A DNA stretch of 64,000 nt from an uncultured virus (IMG/VR IMGVR_UViG_3300023371_000086) (IMGVR_UViG_3300023371_000086); one strand, 5' to 3'. Shown: positions 10,889 to 19,723, numbered from the stretch's first letter. Notes: generated by a model not told the origin, from the letters alone. Numbers and translations: made by a program.

Positions 10889-12013
10889 TTAGGCTTTTGC
10901 TACTTCTCCGTTAGCCCACTCAGAGTTCTCAGTATTGAGGAACATCAAGCTTGAGCGATTGATAAGGGCAGGCTGCACGTATGCCTCTGCCATTGTCACC
11001 TCAAGCATAGGGTTAACCTCTGAGTACCTTGTGGTCTTATAGAATCCACCGTAAGCCTGGAGGGCTTCTGTGTTAGGAACCTGCGGAACAGTCTTGTACC
11101 ATGTCCAACCGAGCTGTGCAGTAAGAGAGAGTACAACAACGTTCTCAGCCCAAGGCTTAACTGTAGTCTCGCTTCCGTCCTTCGCCTGGATAGTAACCCA
11201 AGTGTCAAGGATAGCGATTCTAGGCATGCCCTTGCTTGAGAGGTAGTTGTTGATGTTCTCAAGGGTAACACGCTCTGCTGTGAAGATCATGTCGTTCTTG
11301 AGAGCTGCTGCTGTGAACAGTCTCTTTGCAGTCTTCTCCTGTGCGCAGAGGTAGTCGAAAGCCTGCTGCTCCATGAATGCGTAAGCAGGAGCCTTCTTGC
11401 CAGCCTTCTTGAGAGCTCTTACCATCTTCATGATGTCACCGAGACCATCGGCTGTAGGGTCAGACCACTTCACTGCTGTTCCGTGGAAATTCTCCTTCGG
11501 TACGTTGAAGTTGATGATGTCCTCTGTTGCGTTCTCACCGTCAACCTCCTTAGTGTAGGTCTTTACTCCGTGAGAAGCGATACGCATGGCATCAAGCTCA
11601 ACTCTTGCATCCATACCATTGTTACAGAACTCTACGTCATCGTAAATCATGTCAACGAGATACTGCTTTGCAGCCTTGTCTGTATCAGCTGCAGCAGCGA
11701 TACGCTTAAGGTCGTTGTACTCATTGATTTCGATTTCGTCTTTCTCCCTAGAGATTGCAATCTTCTCAAGAGTACCACTCCATGAGCCGATTGTCTTTCT
11801 GCTCTTGAGAGGTGCCTTAGTGTTGAATGCAACTCTGTCGGCAGAGATAGGAATACCCTCCTTACCTTCGATTCCCTTAAGGTCAAACTTAGGGGTGTAT
11901 CGGAGTGGGAAAAGGTCTCTCCAGGCAAATCCGTTACCTGGAACATACGAATCGACCTCAGCCTGAAGACTAGGCTGGTCGATGTCCATCAGTGGTTTGT
12001 TCATTGTACCCAT
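10889..12013 (-). CDS. Major capsid protein (lambda gpE-like, HK97 fold)
   Basis: 374 aa; LFP..., INFNVP...KWSDPTADGLGDI; follows scaffold and decoration genes. Confidence 0.85.
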   Translation of the reverse strand: MGTMNKPLMDIDQPSLQAEVDSYVPGNGFAWRDLFPLRYTPKFDLKGIEGKEGIPISADRVAFNTKAPLKSRKTIGSWSGTLEKIAISREKDEIEINEYNDLKRIAAAADTDKAAKQYLVDMIYDDVEFCNNGMDARVELDAMRIASHGVKTYTKEVDGENATEDIINFNVPKENFHGTAVKWSDPTADGLGDIMKMVRALKKAGKKAPAYAFMEQQAFDYLCAQEKTAKRLFTAAALKNDMIFTAERVTLENINNYLSSKGMPRIAILDTWVTIQAKDGSETTVKPWAENVVVLSLTAQLGWTWYKTVPQVPNTEALQAYGGFYKTTRYSEVNPMLEVTMAEAYVQPALINRSSLMFLNTENSEWANGEVAKA

Positions 12014-12019
12014 ACTACA

Positions 12020-12583
12020 CTACACTTTTGAGATTCCTTTCATCTGAGCCACCACCTCGTCAGCGACAGGTGCTGTCTCCTTGCGAATGTTTGCTCCGTT
12101 GACGAGCTTAACCATGAAGTCACCTGAGTTTGCAGGGACATCATCACCGACCAGATAAACTGGAACAACAGAGAGAGCTGCTGTTGCTGTTGAACCATCG
12201 GCTGCTGCGGTTGCCTGATAGAGCACCTGTCCGGCCTTTACTTCAACTCCGAGTGAAATTGTAAGCACATCATAGTTTGGATCAGTTGTAACCACCTTAG
12301 TGACCTTTACGGCCTTCTTGCCTGTGGCAAGGAAATCACCGGATACTACTGCTGAACCCTTCTTAACCTTGATGGTTGTGGCTTCTGCTGTAGCGTCCTC
12401 ATAGAGCATCGGTGCCTTGATGACCTGATACTTTCCAGCTGCGTTAAGACCGGCAGCCATACCCTCCTTCACATCGAAGTCGTGGTTGGCAAGCAGTCCA
12501 CCGCCTGGCTTCTCAGCAAAAATCTGCTCGAAGACGATTGGCTTCGGAGCAGGAGCTTCTGTGTGAGCGAATTTTACTTCCAT
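12020..12583 (-). CDS. Head decoration protein
   Basis: 187 aa beta-rich, between scaffold and capsid genes. Confidence 0.55.
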   Translation of the reverse strand: MEVKFAHTEAPAPKPIVFEQIFAEKPGGGLLANHDFDVKEGMAAGLNAAGKYQVIKAPMLYEDATAEATTIKVKKGSAVVSGDFLATGKKAVKVTKVVTTDPNYDVLTISLGVEVKAGQVLYQATAAADGSTATAALSVVPVYLVGDDVPANSGDFMVKLVNGANIRKETAPVADEVVAQMKGISKV

Positions 12584-12627
12584 TTGGACTTACTTTTATT
12601 TGATTGATTACGGGCCTTACTCCAGAA

Positions 12628-13311
12628 TTACTCTAGACCCTTTATTGCAGACTTGGTTTCAACTGCCTTTCTTGCTTCTGCCCTTGCTACAACACCTTCG
12701 TTTGGCTTTGTTGGCTTTGGACCACCTCCTGGAGGGATAACATCTGCCATAGCCTTGATGTTCTTGTCTGTACAGAACTCTGTCCAGTCATTCATTACTT
12801 CTGAGACATAGGTGTCGACATCTTCCTGCTTCTCGAAGGTCTTTCCCTTAAGGTCTCTGTAGAATCTTGGATCGACATCCTTAAGACTTGAGAGAGCACT
12901 AGCCATAAAGCCTTCATTGGCTTTCTCCTGGCTCATCTGATTGAACCTGTCATTGGTAGCCTTCTTGTCTGATTCGTACTTCTCCTGGAAAGCTTTGAAC
13001 CATGCAGGGGCTTCATCTACAGGTGGGTCAGCTGGCTTCGGTGGCTCAGGCTGCGGTGTTGGTGTTGGTTTTGGCTTGTTCTCATCTTCGAATTTCGCCT
13101 TCATTCGTTCGTAAGACCGATTGGCGGCACTCTGAGAGATTTTCAAGAATGGCAGAGAAGCTTCGATTCTAGCATCGATTGCTTCATCTGTGGCTTCCTC
13201 TTCGGAACTGAAACCATTTGCTATAGACTCGCACACAGTCATCAGCTCATCTTTACTGAATCCGTAGGACTTAGCCTTCGGCTCCAGTCTGGTAAATACC
13301 TTGTTCTTCAT
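12628..13311 (-). CDS. Capsid scaffolding protein
   Basis: Charged helical protein with Pro-rich linker (KPKPTPTPQPEPPKP) and PAWF motif; start revised to 13311 (MKNKVF) because the longer frame spans the promoter. Confidence 0.65.
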   Translation of the reverse strand: MKNKVFTRLEPKAKSYGFSKDELMTVCESIANGFSSEEEATDEAIDARIEASLPFLKISQSAANRSYERMKAKFEDENKPKPTPTPQPEPPKPADPPVDEAPAWFKAFQEKYESDKKATNDRFNQMSQEKANEGFMASALSSLKDVDPRFYRDLKGKTFEKQEDVDTYVSEVMNDWTEFCTDKNIKAMADVIPPGGGPKPTKPNEGVVARAEARKAVETKSAIKGLE

Positions 13312-13414
13312 TTCTTTTAACTTACTTTTTTTATTATAGGGTCTGCTATCTTGAGAACAGCAGACCCCTAGCCAGTAAGTTATGAAAGGTAGTAGCCTAC
13401 TTTTCTGGAATAGC
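13312..13414 (-). promoter_or_regulatory. Structured 5' leader of the head/tail operon
   Basis: Hairpin GGGTCTGCT/AGCAGACCC plus a 9-bp inverted repeat (13318-13326 vs 13374-13382) covering the start-region motif. Confidence 0.55.
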
Positions 13415-13420
13415 TTGCGA

Positions 13421-13458
13421 CAAAGGTATAAAAAAAGTGTTGCAAAATGCAACACTTT
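13421..13458 (-). promoter_or_regulatory. Promoter with palindromic operator (head operon)
   Basis: Bacteroidetes -7 element TACCTTTG (13421-13428) and perfect inverted repeat AAAGTGTTGCA-AAA-TGCAACACTTT (13434-13458). Confidence 0.7.
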
Positions 13459-13535
13459 CTAAAAGATTTTATTGCTCAACTTGTTTTTACTGACCTATTT
13501 AGGCTAAAACAGCCACTTTCATGGGGTAACTTTGC

Positions 13536-13910
13536 CTAAAAACTCCGGTCTCTGTCTTTCAATGCAAAGAAAGCTTCATCCATCATTTCTATGAGACCCT
13601 TGACCTCATCTTCGGTGCAAACAACACTCACATCTATGATTTCCGATAGTGACCTCGCCACATAGGTAGCAGTCTCATCAGACACAGAAACGAACGAGCC
13701 TCCGTTCCTTGAACTTGCATTCTTGACCTTGATCTGGAGCAATCCCAGGTCTGCAGTGATAGTCTGCGAATACTTGTGACCATGCCTGTTCAACCTGCCT
13801 ACAATCTTCTGAACACACTCTGCTATCTGTTCGTTGTTGTATGACTCATGCATTGCGTATGCCTCCTCCTGGAGGAGTTCCATCGCCATATCATATACTC
13901 TGTTTCCCAT
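13536..13910 (-). CDS. Hypothetical protein
   Basis: 124 aa ORF in a tightly packed minus-strand array. Confidence 0.7.
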   Translation of the reverse strand: MGNRVYDMAMELLQEEAYAMHESYNNEQIAECVQKIVGRLNRHGHKYSQTITADLGLLQIKVKNASSRNGGSFVSVSDETATYVARSLSEIIDVSVVCTEDEVKGLIEMMDEAFFALKDRDRSF

Positions 13911-13912
13911 AA

Positions 13913-14071
13913 CTAAAATGCCGGCTTCATCCTTACCAATCTCAATACTTCTTTCAGCTCACTGTCTGTGTACCTTTCTGCCATTCCACGTGTGACTCCA
14001 TTCACATTCATGGTTATTTCGATTGCCCTCTCTCTTGAGACCAATCGCTGATTCGTGTTTACTCTATCCAT
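13913..14071 (-). CDS. Small hypothetical protein (52 aa)
   Basis: Read by hand (MDRVNTNQRLVSRERAIEITM...); fills the gap between neighbours. Confidence 0.6.
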   Translation of the reverse strand: MDRVNTNQRLVSRERAIEITMNVNGVTRGMAERYTDSELKEVLRLVRMKPAF

Positions 14072-14074
14072 GCC

Positions 14075-14395
14075 TTACTCTCCTTCTATGTAACAGTAGT
14101 CAATCTCCCAAGAACTGAGGTAAAAGTCAAGCCTTATTCCTTCCTCTGAACCATCCATGCAATCAGCGAAAATCGAATTACCACCAAGACCTGGGATGAA
14201 ATACTTGTTGTCACTAACGAACTGATAGGACCTTGACTCTAGGCTGTAATCTTTGCCTGGCCAGTTATCTTCCTTGAAAACAACAACTCCTACTAGTCTG
14301 TTAGACTTTGAGGCAGAATACTGGCTTGTCACCTTTTTCTCCTCGTTGTGCTTAACGAACCTTTTGTACACCTGTTCAAATGTCAACTTCTTCAT
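14075..14395 (-). CDS. Hypothetical protein
   Basis: 106 aa; AGTAAGTT-ATG start motif. Confidence 0.75.
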   Translation of the reverse strand: MKKLTFEQVYKRFVKHNEEKKVTSQYSASKSNRLVGVVVFKEDNWPGKDYSLESRSYQFVSDNKYFIPGLGGNSIFADCMDGSEEGIRLDFYLSSWEIDYCYIEGE

Positions 14396-14419
14396 AACTT
14401 ACTTTGTTTTGGGTTTATA

Positions 14420-14704
14420 CTAAATACATTCTTTCATCATGTGGTAAACTTCGTCTCCCCATTCATAGCTCAACTTAGAAAGCATAATATTGTCTAGGAA
14501 CAGTTCGGTGGAGATAATGTATGCACCTTGCTTTTGAGCACCTTGTAGCTCCTTATAGACTTCTTCGAAAGGCTTGCCATCTATGTTAAGGGCGAAGTAC
14601 CTTGCTATCTCTATCTTGGCTTCGATTCTCCTGCCCTTTTCATTCAACATCTTCCACCTGTTGATTCTTGGGGTAAGAATCTTACTCAACAGCTTCTCAT
14701 TCAT
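14420..14704 (-). CDS. Hypothetical protein
   Basis: 94 aa ORF in array. Confidence 0.7.
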   Translation of the reverse strand: MNEKLLSKILTPRINRWKMLNEKGRRIEAKIEIARYFALNIDGKPFEEVYKELQGAQKQGAYIISTELFLDNIMLSKLSYEWGDEVYHMMKECI

Positions 14705-14707
14705 GGC

Positions 14708-14887
14708 TTAGTCCTTTCTATAAAGGTCTGACTTCGGATCGAGAATCATTCCAATGATGTACATCGCTCCTCCGGTAAACAAACAGTGCTTTCCTGCTGT
14801 GAAGCCACCAATCACACAAACGGCAACAAGGGCATATGCAATAAACGCAGGGATTCTTTCACGTGGGATTCTTCTAACTTTCTTCAT
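14708..14887 (-). CDS. Small membrane protein (59 aa)
   Basis: Read by hand: MKKVRRIPRERIPAFIAYALVAVCVIGGF...; hydrophobic segments; AAGTAAGTT upstream. Confidence 0.6.
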   Translation of the reverse strand: MKKVRRIPRERIPAFIAYALVAVCVIGGFTAGKHCLFTGGAMYIIGMILDPKSDLYRKD

Positions 14888-14981
14888 ACAACTTACTTTT
14901 TTACTATCTTTGCAGGGCTGGAGAATGAAATCTTAATCTTCAGCGAGGGGAGAGCCGGAAACTGACCCCTCGCCCTTGGCA

Positions 14982-15041
14982 CTAGTAGTTAGTAACTACA
15001 AATGTCCATCTGCCAAGTCTGATAGAGATTCTTATTCTCAT
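14982..15041 (-). CDS. 19-aa basic/hydrophobic peptide MRIRISIRLGRWTFVVTNY (candidate type I toxin)
   Basis: Read by hand; downstream of promoter 15162-15194 and followed by a GCGAGGGG/CCCCTCGC hairpin. Confidence 0.5.
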   Translation of the reverse strand: MRIRISIRLGRWTFVVTNY

Positions 15042-15097
15042 AACAGCGAAGATTAAGTTCCGGAGGACAAATTCTTAAGGCGTTCCTCCACTACCTC

Positions 15098-15128
15098 GCC
15101 TCTTCCCTTGGGAGAGGCTTTCTTTTTT
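15098..15128 (+). terminator. Intrinsic terminator
   Basis: GCCTCTTCC-CTT-GGGAGAGGC followed by TTTCTTTTTT. Confidence 0.7.
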
Positions 15129-15161
15129 CCAGCTTTTCAAAGAACTTTCTTTTAGCTAATG

Positions 15162-15194
15162 TAAAGGTACGCATAAATGTTTTTCAACGAGCCA
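15162..15194 (-). promoter_or_regulatory. Phage promoter, TGGCTCGTTG-N15-TACCTTTA class
   Basis: Motif repeated with identical spacing at five loci. Confidence 0.7.
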
Positions 15195-15261
15195 TTGTAA
15201 AACATTATTTTTCAATGATTTAACAAGTTTTTACATTGGTCTCAGCTACGTTCTGAATGAC

Positions 15262-15296
15262 AAACAAAAAGGGTGGGGACTATCCGTCCCTACCCT
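15262..15296 (-). terminator. Intrinsic terminator
   Basis: AGGGTAGGGAC-GGATA-GTCCCCACCCT then TTTTGTTT on the minus strand. Confidence 0.7.
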
Positions 15297-15473
15297 GACA
15301 AGAAAACTCCTCTACCAACGCCTTCATATAGATTAACGAACTCAACATCGCAAAAGACAAAACACGTGCCATACATCACACAACTTATTGCTACTCTTGC
15401 ACTTGAATCCCTTTTTATATGAGCAAACTGAGAAAGCCTGGGGACCTTCACAGCCGTCATAACCACCTGACTA

Positions 15474-15719
15474 CTAGTGAGTTGAATCACAGCCAATCTC
15501 CATTCCACCTTCTGGGCTTCCGAACGGACAGATAACTCTTATCTTCTCACTGCACATGTAATAGCAGCTATCAAGATCAAAACCAAGCCCTCCTTGACTT
15601 ATAGGTGCCTGAATAAATGCTGCAACATCGTTGTTGAAGTCACGTTCAACAATCTTTTCGTCAGCTTTCAGAAGTATCACTTCACTTACGCTGTAATCCA
15701 AAATTGCAATGTCTACCAT
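15474..15719 (-). CDS. Hypothetical protein
   Basis: 81 aa ORF in array. Confidence 0.7.
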   Translation of the reverse strand: MVDIAILDYSVSEVILLKADEKIVERDFNNDVAAFIQAPISQGGLGFDLDSCYYMCSEKIRVICPFGSPEGGMEIGCDSTH

Positions 15720-15730
15720 ATCTTATTGAC

Positions 15731-16327
15731 TTACTTGAAACACTTTTCTTCTGCGAACGAGTAGCACACGCCTTCATTCGTAACCATCACATGGTCTGTA
15801 AGAGCAATGCCAACTGAACTCAATGCATTCTTCACACTTCTGACCTTATCTATCACATCCCTACTTGGAAGCAGGTCTTCATCCTTACAACTTTGTGCTA
15901 ATATGGCAGCTTCTCCTTTGTTTTCAATCACATTCTTGCAGATGTACATTGGGGCAAATCTTGAAAATTCGAACTTTCCGAAGAAGCATGCATCAATGCT
16001 CTTGATACAATGCATTCTGTCTAAAGTGATACACCACACCTCGTCTCTGTACTCCTCGCGCCCTGCCAGAACTGATCTGAGTATAGGGACAACATCTTCT
16101 ACTCCCCTTATTGGAGCAGGTTGATTGTAGACTCTTAATCTTTCATAAAGACCAATAGCGGCCTTTACAACTGGCTGTTGGGTTGGAGATACATTGCCTA
16201 TGATTGCCTCCAATGGAAGCGTTTGGTACTTCTTCATCTCCACTCCTAGGATGCCGGCTAGTTCGTGAGTCTCCTTTTTTCTGTACTCTGACATCATGTC
16301 GTCAAACAACTTCGACTTCTTTTCCAT
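15731..16327 (-). CDS. RadC-like JAB-domain protein with degenerate active site
   Basis: EVWCITLD...AAILAQSC...LLPS...VGIALTDHVMV...YSFAEE layout of RadC; the HNHPSG motif is replaced. Confidence 0.7.
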   Translation of the reverse strand: MEKKSKLFDDMMSEYRKKETHELAGILGVEMKKYQTLPLEAIIGNVSPTQQPVVKAAIGLYERLRVYNQPAPIRGVEDVVPILRSVLAGREEYRDEVWCITLDRMHCIKSIDACFFGKFEFSRFAPMYICKNVIENKGEAAILAQSCKDEDLLPSRDVIDKVRSVKNALSSVGIALTDHVMVTNEGVCYSFAEEKCFK

Positions 16328-16354
16328 AACTTACTTTTCTTTGAGCCGTTACAC

Positions 16355-16621
16355 TTAAACTGCTATTACCGGAGTGACAACTGCCTTGAACTTGCATCTT
16401 CTATACTTTGCGATGTCAAGCATATCAGCAACCGTGCCGAAACACTCCGTCTTGATACGAAAACAGTTCTTTCCACATTCGCCCTGGCTCACAAACTCAA
16501 ATCTTGCCGATTCTTCTATGAATACCTTGGCTATCTTCTTTGCGTTGTCAAGGTCCTGCGCATACACCTCGGTGTCTACAATCACAGCAGGATCCATGCT
16601 GATGTTTCCAATCTTCTTCAT
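16355..16621 (-). CDS. Hypothetical protein
   Basis: 88 aa ORF in array. Confidence 0.7.
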   Translation of the reverse strand: MKKIGNISMDPAVIVDTEVYAQDLDNAKKIAKVFIEESARFEFVSQGECGKNCFRIKTECFGTVADMLDIAKYRRCKFKAVVTPVIAV

Positions 16622-16640
16622 TTCTTTCTCTACTTCTGTT

Positions 16641-16859
16641 CTACAGTCTGTTTATATCGTTATAATGGAGAACTTCTCCTTCTTCAAAACCTTCTTCGAT
16701 GTTGCTTTCAAAAAGCTCCTTGAGAGATAGCCATCCGTGACGGATCGAACCTTTCAACTCCTGATACTTCTCATCTGCTACATCCTTGTCTGAAAACAAT
16801 CTTCTTTTCTTCTTACCTTCAAGAGTGAGATACCACTCCAACAAATACAACTTGCTCAT
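16641..16859 (-). CDS. Hypothetical protein (resembles 36399-36641)
   Basis: 72 aa; shared LY.L.W...R.F.DK..A pattern. Confidence 0.7.
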   Translation of the reverse strand: MSKLYLLEWYLTLEGKKKRRLFSDKDVADEKYQELKGSIRHGWLSLKELFESNIEEGFEEGEVLHYNDINRL

Positions 16860-16871
16860 ATCTTTATCAAT

Positions 16872-17141
16872 CTAAAATTCAAAATGCACAAGACCAATCT
16901 CCTTCGCCAAAACTTCAATATCTTGTATCCTTTTTACTCTCCTAGGAATTACTGTGCCGTTTTCAGACTTACTATAACTTATAGGACCAGGAACTCTCTT
17001 TCCGTCATTCCTTCTGACAATATCAGCGTACTTAAGCGTATAATATGATACACCTCTGTAGTCTGTCACGTAATCTGCCAAAAGCACCTTCTTGAAATAT
17101 TTGTCGTAAACTGCGACATGCTTCAAATTGGACTCTATCAT
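16872..17141 (-). CDS. Hypothetical protein
   Basis: 89 aa; AGTAAGTT-ATG; TACCTTTA element at 17166-17173 upstream. Confidence 0.7.
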   Translation of the reverse strand: MIESNLKHVAVYDKYFKKVLLADYVTDYRGVSYYTLKYADIVRRNDGKRVPGPISYSKSENGTVIPRRVKRIQDIEVLAKEIGLVHFEF

Positions 17142-17253
17142 AACTTACTATTTTGATTTCTTATGTAAAGGTAAGCATGAATTTTGAATTACCGACACAT
17201 AACATGCTGATTTTATGCAAGTTATGACATTTTTATTCAAAATGAACTTTTCA

Positions 17254-17649
17254 TTACTTTTTGGACCTGTACAAAACCTCCATCTTTCGATTTCTTTCAT
17301 CAACCCATGCCAGGTAAAGCCTCTGCATTCTCTTACTGCTGAACTTTACATAACCCGAACTTCCTTGGAAGCTGTTCTCAAAGCTGTAAGCCAGGAGAAA
17401 CAAGGTCTTCTGCTTGTCATACTTGATAGTCTTATTGTACAACCTATCGAAGGTGCAATAGCATACGTTTTCTTCGGGAAGGTTCTTATACCATTCTTGG
17501 TACTCTTTTTCATGGACTTTGGATATGAAGTATCCATCATTTCTTCCAGACTGGAATTCAAAGACAAGCCTCTGTAAGAAGATACCTTCCTTTTCTTCTC
17601 CGGAAAACATGCCTTTATCAACTCCATCTACCAAATAAATCAATTTCAT
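17254..17649 (-). CDS. Hypothetical protein
   Basis: 131 aa ORF in array. Confidence 0.7.
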   Translation of the reverse strand: MKLIYLVDGVDKGMFSGEEKEGIFLQRLVFEFQSGRNDGYFISKVHEKEYQEWYKNLPEENVCYCTFDRLYNKTIKYDKQKTLFLLAYSFENSFQGSSGYVKFSSKRMQRLYLAWVDERNRKMEVLYRSKK

Positions 17650-17688
17650 AACTCTACTTTTTTCTATAAAAATATAAATCTATAAAAC

Positions 17689-17847
17689 CTAGGCTTCATA
17701 CTCCATTAGGAGCTCAAAGTAAGCCTGTATGTCTTCATCCCTCATACCATTGGGGATATTGTAGTAAAACTGGTCATCTTTCAATGATGTGGCTGTTCCG
17801 TTCTCTACCTTGAATACGCCGAAACATGTGTCAACTAATCTTATCAT
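17689..17847 (-). CDS. Small hypothetical protein (52 aa)
   Basis: Read by hand: MIRLVDTCFGVFKVENG... Confidence 0.55.
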   Translation of the reverse strand: MIRLVDTCFGVFKVENGTATSLKDDQFYYNIPNGMRDEDIQAYFELLMEYEA

Positions 17848-17850
17848 AAC

Positions 17851-18012
17851 TTAAAATGTTAACTTCTGTTCAATATCTTCTACTATGTTCTGATGTGGAC
17901 AATACTTTCCTTCCATCTCCCAGGCTAACTTCTCTGCCTCTTTCAAGGTCTTAGCCTCCACCTCAATCGTTCCATACTCTGTCATGGTGGTGTAAAAAAC
18001 AAACTTTGCCAT
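17851..18012 (-). CDS. Small hypothetical protein (53 aa)
   Basis: Read by hand: MAKFVFYTTMTEYGTIEVEAKTLKEAEKLAW... Confidence 0.6.
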   Translation of the reverse strand: MAKFVFYTTMTEYGTIEVEAKTLKEAEKLAWEMEGKYCPHQNIVEDIEQKLTF

Positions 18013-18015
18013 AAT

Positions 18016-18174
18016 TTACAATTCTATGTCATTCATTCTTGCAACATGCTCGAAATAAACATGGGCTTCATCTGTATTCATAGCCTGATACAATTCTTCA
18101 AGGAAGACTTCTGCTCCTAGCTGCTCCTTGAGGGTTTCATACTCCTGTTGTACTTCAATGTGATCCATGTCCAT
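18016..18174 (-). CDS. Small acidic hypothetical protein (52 aa)
   Basis: Read by hand: MDMDHIEVQQEYETLKEQLGAE...; TAATG coupling to the upstream gene. Confidence 0.6.
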   Translation of the reverse strand: MDMDHIEVQQEYETLKEQLGAEVFLEELYQAMNTDEAHVYFEHVARMNDIEL

Positions 18175-18500
18175 TACTCCTTACATTTTTCAACTTCGTA
18201 ATATGGAGACACCTCTCCACCATGTTCAATAGCTTCTGGACTAAGCAGCTCTAGACCTTCGAAATAAAGCTCTGCCTCATCCTTGCTTTTAGCCTTGATG
18301 AAAACCTCAGACCGGAATTTGAAACAGAAGACCTTTTCCTCCTCATCAGGCTCTTCTTCTCCTTCAATCTTCCAGATACAGCCTGGTCTCATTATTCCTG
18401 TGTTGTAGCCTTCCTTAATGGAATCTGCCACTTCCTTCAAATTCTTCGAAAGCTCCTCCATGTTGCGGGCTTTCATGTTCTGCATGTTCAATGTCAACAT
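18174..18500 (-). CDS. Hypothetical protein
   Basis: 108 aa acidic ORF. Confidence 0.7.
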   Translation of the reverse strand: MLTLNMQNMKARNMEELSKNLKEVADSIKEGYNTGIMRPGCIWKIEGEEEPDEEEKVFCFKFRSEVFIKAKSKDEAELYFEGLELLSPEAIEHGGEVSPYYEVEKCKE

Positions 18501-18504
18501 ATCT

Positions 18505-18807
18505 TTAACTATTCATTTTGTAATACTTCTCAAAATAACATTCTCTAGGCTTTCTTTCATCTATCCTGCAGGCTCCTAGATAAACCCAAGGTCCATTGTT
18601 GTCACTGTCTCTTTCGAACGTGTCGTACAGATCGACAAACTCCTCATCTATGGTCTTGGCTTCTCCAACCTGCAGATAACTTCTTGTGCAGTTGACAGGA
18701 GGAACACAATCCCTTAACTGCCATACAACCGGTTCATCGACTTCCTGTCCTACTGTGAGCTTGAGAACCTTGTCTCTCCTCCAGTCTTGCATCGTGTACA
18801 TTGCCAT
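18505..18807 (-). CDS. Hypothetical protein
   Basis: Start revised to MAMYTMQDW to avoid overlap. Confidence 0.7.
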   Translation of the reverse strand: MAMYTMQDWRRDKVLKLTVGQEVDEPVVWQLRDCVPPVNCTRSYLQVGEAKTIDEEFVDLYDTFERDSDNNGPWVYLGACRIDERKPRECYFEKYYKMNS

Positions 18808-18809
18808 AT

Positions 18810-19370
18810 CTACCTTGTTTTTACTACTGAACCATCTTCTGAAACCTTGTACCATGTAGCAGGATAACTAGGCTTTTTCGTTACTGTCCTTACTCTCATC
18901 TTATCTGAGTGAGAATTCCACTTGTTTTCTACAATCTCCGTCTCAAGCAGGGTCTTGCATTCACAGACAAGCTTGTCTTTCCAAATCCTGTCTGAGCATA
19001 CTACATAAAACTTTTCCATTGGTGTCCACTCTGTAGCTCTCAAGTGGCTATCTACTAGATCAACTCTGCCATCTTCGAACATGGTGACAAGCATATCTAT
19101 ACTTTCCTGCAGTCTTTCCCATATGGATTCAACGGACTTTGGGGCATTCCTTTTTAGCTCTCTCACACAAACCTTCAATCCGGAAAAAGCTTCAACCTTT
19201 TCAATGGTATATCCATCTTTTGGTATCAGCGTAACAGGGTAAATAAACACATAGATTCCTCTTTTCTCCTCCTGGTGGGTAAAGGAGTTCCAACCTCCTG
19301 GTTGATAGCTTACGGACACCTTAATATGAGTGGTGTCTTTAAGCTTTGTGGTCTCAAAATACTTTTCCAT
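18810..19370 (-). CDS. Hypothetical protein
   Basis: 186 aa; AGTAAGTT-ATG. Confidence 0.75.
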   Translation of the reverse strand: MEKYFETTKLKDTTHIKVSVSYQPGGWNSFTHQEEKRGIYVFIYPVTLIPKDGYTIEKVEAFSGLKVCVRELKRNAPKSVESIWERLQESIDMLVTMFEDGRVDLVDSHLRATEWTPMEKFYVVCSDRIWKDKLVCECKTLLETEIVENKWNSHSDKMRVRTVTKKPSYPATWYKVSEDGSVVKTR

Positions 19371-19405
19371 AACTTACTTTCTTTAAGGCATCGAATTCGA
19401 TGCGG

Positions 19406-19720
19406 TTAATAATTGATAACATTCTTTGCCGGGATTCTCTCCGAGTGGAGATTAACAGCCCATACTCTGAAATCGTAGAAGTCTCCTTCAACATTGAAAG
19501 TGATTGTCTGCGACTTCTCTGATGCATCGTTCATTACTGTGTCTCTCCAAACATATAAGTCTTTTACTTCTTTACCTTCCGACCTCCTGTTTCTGATAAA
19601 CTTTGCCACGTAGTCTCTCATCAACTGGATAGCATGTTCTGGGAGGGTAAAAGAGTGGCAACCAAAATCCCAACCATTATCATTGCACTCGCAACCTACA
19701 ACGTAAACTTTCTTGCTCAT
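19406..19720 (-). CDS. Hypothetical protein
   Basis: 104 aa ORF in array. Confidence 0.7.
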   Translation of the reverse strand: MSKKVYVVGCECNDNGWDFGCHSFTLPEHAIQLMRDYVAKFIRNRRSEGKEVKDLYVWRDTVMNDASEKSQTITFNVEGDFYDFRVWAVNLHSERIPAKNVINY

Positions 19721-19723
19721 GAT

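Larger units (their letters stand above)
14913..15128 (+). ncRNA. Candidate antisense RNA
   Basis: Plus-strand TATCTTTG (-7 element) at 14905-14912, internal complementary segments, and an intrinsic terminator at 15098-15128. Confidence 0.5.

Noticed and set aside
13020..13080. Short repeats in the scaffold gene
   Set aside because: Explained by a Pro-rich protein linker
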